DNA of 64,000 nucleotides from Escherichia coli (GTDB lineage Bacteria; Pseudomonadota; Gammaproteobacteria; Enterobacterales; Enterobacteriaceae): NCBI RefSeq assembly GCF_002854065.1, contig NZ_CP024147.1; one strand, 5' to 3'. Shown piece by piece: positions 58,262 to 64,000 of this stretch (position 1 is its first letter; each line of letters starts with the position of its first letter). The notes under the pieces were generated by a model. It saw only the letters and a program-made list of their open reading frames with translations, ran no database searches and was not told where the DNA came from. The position numbers and the translations under genes were made by a program.

Positions 58262-59041
58262 CTACACCGTAATTAATTTTACCCGTGTCTTCTGCAATGC
58301 CAGTTTATCCACCTCTGATACAGCATCATCGGTAATAATAATGTCAATTTTTTCGATTGGCAGTACCTGATTAAAACCGCGACGGTTAAATTTCGATGAA
58401 TCGAGAACGGCAATCACTTTATTAGCGGCGGTGACCATCGCACCGCTAATCGAATAACCTTCATTAAAGGTCGTAATACCATTAACCGCATCAATACCAT
58501 CAGCACCGACAAACATTAAATCGGCATTAATATCCTGCAATGAACGCTCGGCAATGGAACCATGCATCGAGCGCGTTTTATGGCGGACCGTGCCACCACA
58601 GACGACCAGAGTAATGTCTTTATTTTCGGAAAGGGCAAACGCTGCCGGGAGACTGTTGGTAATCACCGTGATATTTTTAGCGGTCATTAATCCTTCGGCG
58701 ATAAGCATTGTGGTACTTCCGCTGTCGAGAATAACGGTCATCCCTTCATGGATCATTTTGACTGCCGCCTGCGCTATTCTGTTTTTTGGCGCGCTGGCGA
58801 GCTGAAATCGCTCTTTAAACCCGACTTCCTGGGTCTCGGTTTCACTATTACCGGACATTATTTTCGCCGCACCGCCATGAAAGCGCGTAACCACGCCTTT
58901 TTGTTCGAGAAAGCGCAAATCGGCACGGATTGTCGCTTCCGAGGCAGCAAATACTCCCGCCAGATCCTGAACAAGCACGGTTCCCTGTTCATTCACTAAT
59001 TGGATGATCTTATTCCTTCGCTCGAATGAATTCATCGTCAT
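58262..59041 (-). CDS. gatR: Galactitol operon repressor GatR (DeoR family), intact
   Basis: 259 aa; N-terminal DeoR helix-turn-helix and C-terminal sugar-binding domain; uninterrupted reading frame. Confidence 0.9.
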   Translation of the reverse strand: MTMNSFERRNKIIQLVNEQGTVLVQDLAGVFAASEATIRADLRFLEQKGVVTRFHGGAAKIMSGNSETETQEVGFKERFQLASAPKNRIAQAAVKMIHEGMTVILDSGSTTMLIAEGLMTAKNITVITNSLPAAFALSENKDITLVVCGGTVRHKTRSMHGSIAERSLQDINADLMFVGADGIDAVNGITTFNEGYSISGAMVTAANKVIAVLDSSKFNRRGFNQVLPIEKIDIIITDDAVSEVDKLALQKTRVKLITV

Positions 59042-59140
59042 TTACCCATATTCAATTGTGGCTAGTGTAAACGAAGGGGGACCATTGGTGAATGATCTGT
59101 TTTGCACAATACCGGGCCAGCATCACGCTGGCCCGCGGTT

Positions 59141-60181
59141 TCATGGAATGAGCAACACTTTGCCCGGCATGGCATTACGAGCGATGTCACGCACCGCCTG
59201 GGTGAAGCTTTCAAAGCTTCCACGGTGAGCGATTAATGGCTCCAGGCTTAACTTACGTTCTGTCAGCAACCGGCTCGCCGTTTCCCACTCCTGCCCCGGC
59301 CAAGGGCTGGAATAGTTCATCCAACTGCCGAGAACCGTCAGCTCTTTACGCAATATTTTGCCAAACGTTGCCGATGTTAAATGCAGATCCTGATGCAACG
59401 TGCCCACCAGCGCCAGTTGGGCATGAGGACCGGCAATCTCTACCGCCAGTTCGACAGTTTGCGGTACGCCAGCCGTCTCGAGGATAAGCTGATTAAAGCG
59501 CAGTTCGCGTAAAACGCTCTGCATTTGCGGCGCGCTCATTTCGCTACTGTTAAATGTTTGCATCGCACCGAAAGATTTTGCCAGTGCCAGTTTTTCTGAG
59601 CTAATGTCGATCGCCGTCACACTCTTTGCTCCCAGCGCGACAGCGCACTGAATAGCCAGCAGGCCAATGGTTCCGGCACCAATAATAATAACGTTTTTAT
59701 TCTCACAACCTTGCGCTAAATGAAAAGCATGCAGGCCAACGGTAATCGGCTCAATAAAAGCCCCATCCTCAATAGGCATATCCGTGGGTAGAGCAAAGAC
59801 ATTTTTTCGCTTAACGACAATATATTCAGCAAATCCACCATCACGCCGCGAGCCAATAAAATCATATTTTGCGCACTGGGAATAAAACCCTTTCAAACAC
59901 TCTGGACAAGTAAAACAGGGTAATAACGGCACACAGGCAACCGCATCGCCAGGGTGTAAATCATCAACACCGGATCCCACCGCATCAATATAGCCGCTAA
60001 ATTCATGGCCTAACGTTATTGGATAATAATGTGCACCATTTTTAAATATCCTGGGTAAATCGGAACCACATAAGCCCGAGCTGGCAATTTTTACCCGCAC
60101 CTCATCCTGATGTTTAATTTCAGGAATGACGCTTTCTGCAACGCGCACGATACCATCAGTATCATTCACCATTGATTTCAT
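59141..60181 (-). CDS. gatD: Galactitol-1-phosphate 5-dehydrogenase
   Basis: 346 aa zinc-dependent alcohol dehydrogenase-family protein (GLCGSD...GHE motifs). Confidence 0.95.
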   Translation of the reverse strand: MKSMVNDTDGIVRVAESVIPEIKHQDEVRVKIASSGLCGSDLPRIFKNGAHYYPITLGHEFSGYIDAVGSGVDDLHPGDAVACVPLLPCFTCPECLKGFYSQCAKYDFIGSRRDGGFAEYIVVKRKNVFALPTDMPIEDGAFIEPITVGLHAFHLAQGCENKNVIIIGAGTIGLLAIQCAVALGAKSVTAIDISSEKLALAKSFGAMQTFNSSEMSAPQMQSVLRELRFNQLILETAGVPQTVELAVEIAGPHAQLALVGTLHQDLHLTSATFGKILRKELTVLGSWMNYSSPWPGQEWETASRLLTERKLSLEPLIAHRGSFESFTQAVRDIARNAMPGKVLLIP

Positions 60182-60228
60182 AAAAACTCCTGATTGTTAA
60201 GGGGGATAACCTCCCCCTCAGGTAAAAA

Positions 60229-61584
60229 TTATTCTGCGAGAACGGTTTTCTCTTGTTTAATAAAACCACGCGCTCTACGCCAGGTCATGAAAATACCGGT
60301 AAGATAAATTGCGCCGATAATAATGAAACCGGGAATATTTTGCGGGGAGAAAACCTGAATCAGTAACCAGGTAATGGGAGAACCGCCCTGATCCATTGAA
60401 GCCACCATACCCCCGGCTTTTAACGCCCCAGCATTAGCCGCCAGTTGGGTGTGCAAACCAATAGTTTGTGTCGCGATCCACAGGGTGATGCTCATAATGA
60501 TGACACCCGAGATTAAGGTGCGGAACAGATTTCCACGATGCACCGCGACCGCCATCGCCACGAAGAAGCCGATGGTGGCAAGATCGCCAAACGGCAGTAC
60601 CTGATTACCCGGAACACAAACAGCAATTAAAATGGTGAGCGGGATAAAAATCAGGCTTGCCGATACCACCGCCGTATGCCCCAGCAGTAATGCGGGATCC
60701 AGGCCAATCAGGAACTCCTGACCGCCGAACTTCGCCTGTAAACGACTACGGGCCTGCTTAGCGATGGGCGTTAAACCATCCATGATGGGTTTAATCACCC
60801 GTGGCATCAGCAGCATAACTGCCGCCGTTTTTACCGCCAGCTGCAATACACCTTTGACATCGTAACCCGCGAGGATGCCGATAATCAGCCCCATCACAAA
60901 ACCCACGGTGACAGGCTCGCCAAATGGACCAAATTTGCGCTGAATATCGTCGGCGCTAAATTTAATTCGGTTAACGCCTGGGATTTTCTCGATGATAGCA
61001 TCGACCAGCACCGCAATCGGCCCCATATACGCCGACGTACCGTGCGGAATAGCAATACCTTCCAGCTCAAAGAAATTTCGGGTATCGCGGGCAAACCAGT
61101 CGCCGAGCTTATAAACAAACGCCGCGTGAATTACCACACCTGCCATCCCTATCATCCATGAACCGGTTGCCAGATGCAGCAACGCGCCGGTGAAGGTCAT
61201 ATGCCAGATATTCCAGATATCAACATTTACCACCCGCGTCATACGGGTCAGTAACATCGCCACGTTAACCAGAATCGCAATCGGAATCGCCACCAGCGCA
61301 ATTTGCGACGCCCAGGTCATTGGTGAAGAGCCCGGCCAGCCGACATCGACCACATGCAGATTCAGGTCGAAATTTTCCGCCATCGCTTTCGCCGCCGGAC
61401 CAATGGAATCCAGCATTAAGCCAATCACAAGGCCAATGCCAACAAAGCCAATCCCGATATGCAGACCCGCTTTAAAGCAATCGCCTGCCTTCATGCCTAA
61501 TATTTTAGAAAAAATAATGATGACAATCGGAAGCATCACCGTAGGGCCGAGGTCGAGAATATAACGCATGACTTCTGAAAACAT
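60229..61584 (-). CDS. gatC: PTS galactitol-specific EIIC component
   Basis: 451 aa polytopic membrane protein between gatB and gatD. Confidence 0.95.
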   Translation of the reverse strand: MFSEVMRYILDLGPTVMLPIVIIIFSKILGMKAGDCFKAGLHIGIGFVGIGLVIGLMLDSIGPAAKAMAENFDLNLHVVDVGWPGSSPMTWASQIALVAIPIAILVNVAMLLTRMTRVVNVDIWNIWHMTFTGALLHLATGSWMIGMAGVVIHAAFVYKLGDWFARDTRNFFELEGIAIPHGTSAYMGPIAVLVDAIIEKIPGVNRIKFSADDIQRKFGPFGEPVTVGFVMGLIIGILAGYDVKGVLQLAVKTAAVMLLMPRVIKPIMDGLTPIAKQARSRLQAKFGGQEFLIGLDPALLLGHTAVVSASLIFIPLTILIAVCVPGNQVLPFGDLATIGFFVAMAVAVHRGNLFRTLISGVIIMSITLWIATQTIGLHTQLAANAGALKAGGMVASMDQGGSPITWLLIQVFSPQNIPGFIIIGAIYLTGIFMTWRRARGFIKQEKTVLAE

Positions 61585-61587
61585 AGG

Positions 61588-61872
61588 TCACCCCTGTAAG
61601 ATAGTCAGAATTTTATTTTGTAATGCTTCGATACCGACACCAGAAATAAAAGGCATGCCGTGAACTAACGGAATATCGCCAAAACTACGATCCACTTTGG
61701 CAGTGGTGCATATCAAATGTACACCATCCATATAGGTTTCTATTTCATTAACCCGACACTGGATTAATTCAACAGGAATATTATGATTCTGACACAACTC
61801 TTTAATTTCTTCCGCCGCCATCGTAGAGGTCGCAACCGCGCCTCCGCAAGCGACAATAATCTTGCGTTTCAT
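61588..61872 (-). CDS. gatB: PTS galactitol-specific EIIB component
   Basis: 94 aa; N-terminal [15 protein letters not shown] with the phosphorylatable cysteine. Confidence 0.95.
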   Translation of the reverse strand: MKRKIIVACGGAVATSTMAAEEIKELCQNHNIPVELIQCRVNEIETYMDGVHLICTTAKVDRSFGDIPLVHGMPFISGVGIEALQNKILTILQG

Positions 61873-61902
61873 AAATAGTCCTTTTTATTGTTACAGAGGG
61901 AT

Positions 61903-62301
61903 TTATTCGTCTGAATCTAAAACATACTTTGTGAAGTATTCCTTTAACTGGGTTTCAGGAAGAGTGATTAGTGTCTCGACGATATCGGGCTGTTGTAACT
62001 TGCCAAATAAACAGCGTAAAAGTTTCAATTGCTGCTGCGGATTTTCCACAATCAACGCAATAACCAACGATACCTCCACGTCGTTATCATCATCCGCTTG
62101 CTGAAAATGAACTTTATTTGTTGGCCTTAACAGATAAATGGCTGACGACTTAGCATGAATCGCCTCACAATGCGGTATTGCAATGGCGTGCTGCTCAAGC
62201 ATTATCCCGGTAGGGAATTCTGCTTCTCTGGCAATTAATGCCTGTGGCCAGGTATCATGAACCACACCTTTGGCGAGCATCTCATTACCGATATGGGTTA
62301 A
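61903..62301 (-). pseudogene. gatA: gatA (PTS galactitol EIIA) lacking its 5' end, truncated by IS5
   Basis: Coding frame reads ...LTHIGNEMLAKGVVHDTW... straight out of the IS5 left end; no start codon or ribosome-binding site remains; about 18 N-terminal codons are missing relative to the 150-aa GatA I recall. Confidence 0.85.
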
Positions 62302-63496
<1,195 letters not shown>

Positions 63497-64000
63497 CTAA
63501 TCATGCCCAGTGGGATGTCCACGCCTTCAAGATTCACCATCATCGTTTCGACGCTATTTTTAATCCGACTATGCGGCCAGTAATAACGAATACGATCCGA
63601 CAGGCTGTAACGAATATCCAGTAATGAATCGTTAAAACCCGTACGATAATATTTTTTCCAGTATTGCGGTTCGTCGAGCATCACTTCTTCAATTACCGCC
63701 AGGCAACCGCTGCGATTTTCAGGGGCGATAAGTTCCTGCTCAATTTGTGCCAGTGCAAATATCGCCTCGCGTAAAGCAAAGGTTAATGCGGGACCGACTT
63801 TCAATATTGCAAAGTGATCGCGGACTAATTCCCAATAAGCCGTCCGGGTCTGGTAATCGGTAGAATGTGCTTCATAAACCATTCGGGTGTTTTCTATCCA
63901 TTGCGCCAGCGGCTGCGCTTCCTGCGACTGATAATGGATAATATTGCTGTGATCAAATTCCACGCCCGGCTGCACCACGATGGCAATCACGCGTGTTAAC
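63497..64000 (-). pseudogene. gatZ: gatZ (tagatose-bisphosphate aldolase non-catalytic subunit) with its 3' end replaced by IS5; 5' end beyond the window
   Basis: GatZ-like frame (...[34 protein letters not shown]) runs into the IS5 right end and terminates after 9 IS-encoded codons (REGANKFLI). Confidence 0.8.

Overview
Enterobacteriaceae chromosomal window whose gene order matches the Escherichia coli O-antigen / colanic-acid / mdt-bae / gat region; nearly all coding sequence in the first 31.7 kb is on the minus strand. Layout: (1) 1-7621, the galF-proximal part of an AT-rich O-antigen cluster that uses an ABC transporter (rmlB, rmlA, SDR reductase, Glf-like mutase, GT2 glycosyltransferase, wzm, wzt, further SDR genes), with an exact ops/JUMPstart element upstream of rmlB; (2) 8045-31699, galF and a complete colanic-acid cluster (wza-wzb-wzc-wcaABCDEF-gmd-fcl-gmm-wcaI-manC-manB-wcaJ-wzxC-wcaKLM) carrying two inverted copies of a ~100 bp nested palindromic repeat; (3) yegH, asmA, dcd, udk, a dgcE/yegE-like PAS-GGDEF gene broken by an in-frame amber codon, alkA, yegD; (4) a single ibs/sib type I toxin-antitoxin locus, mdtABCD-baeSR, yegP, a parDE-like type II toxin-antitoxin pair, yegQ, the sRNA cyaR, yegR, yegS; (5) gatR and gatDCB, followed by an IS5 copy that replaces the gatZ 3' end and gatA 5' end. 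No rRNA, tRNA or CRISPR array was seen. I did not find a clearly novel multi-gene system; the most unusual items are the O-antigen pathway composition, the paired repeats inside the wca operon, the damaged dgcE locus, the parDE insertion and the IS5-associated gat lesion. All calls are from reading the sequence and ORF translations; family assignments and comparisons to E. coli K-12 are from memory and no database search was run.
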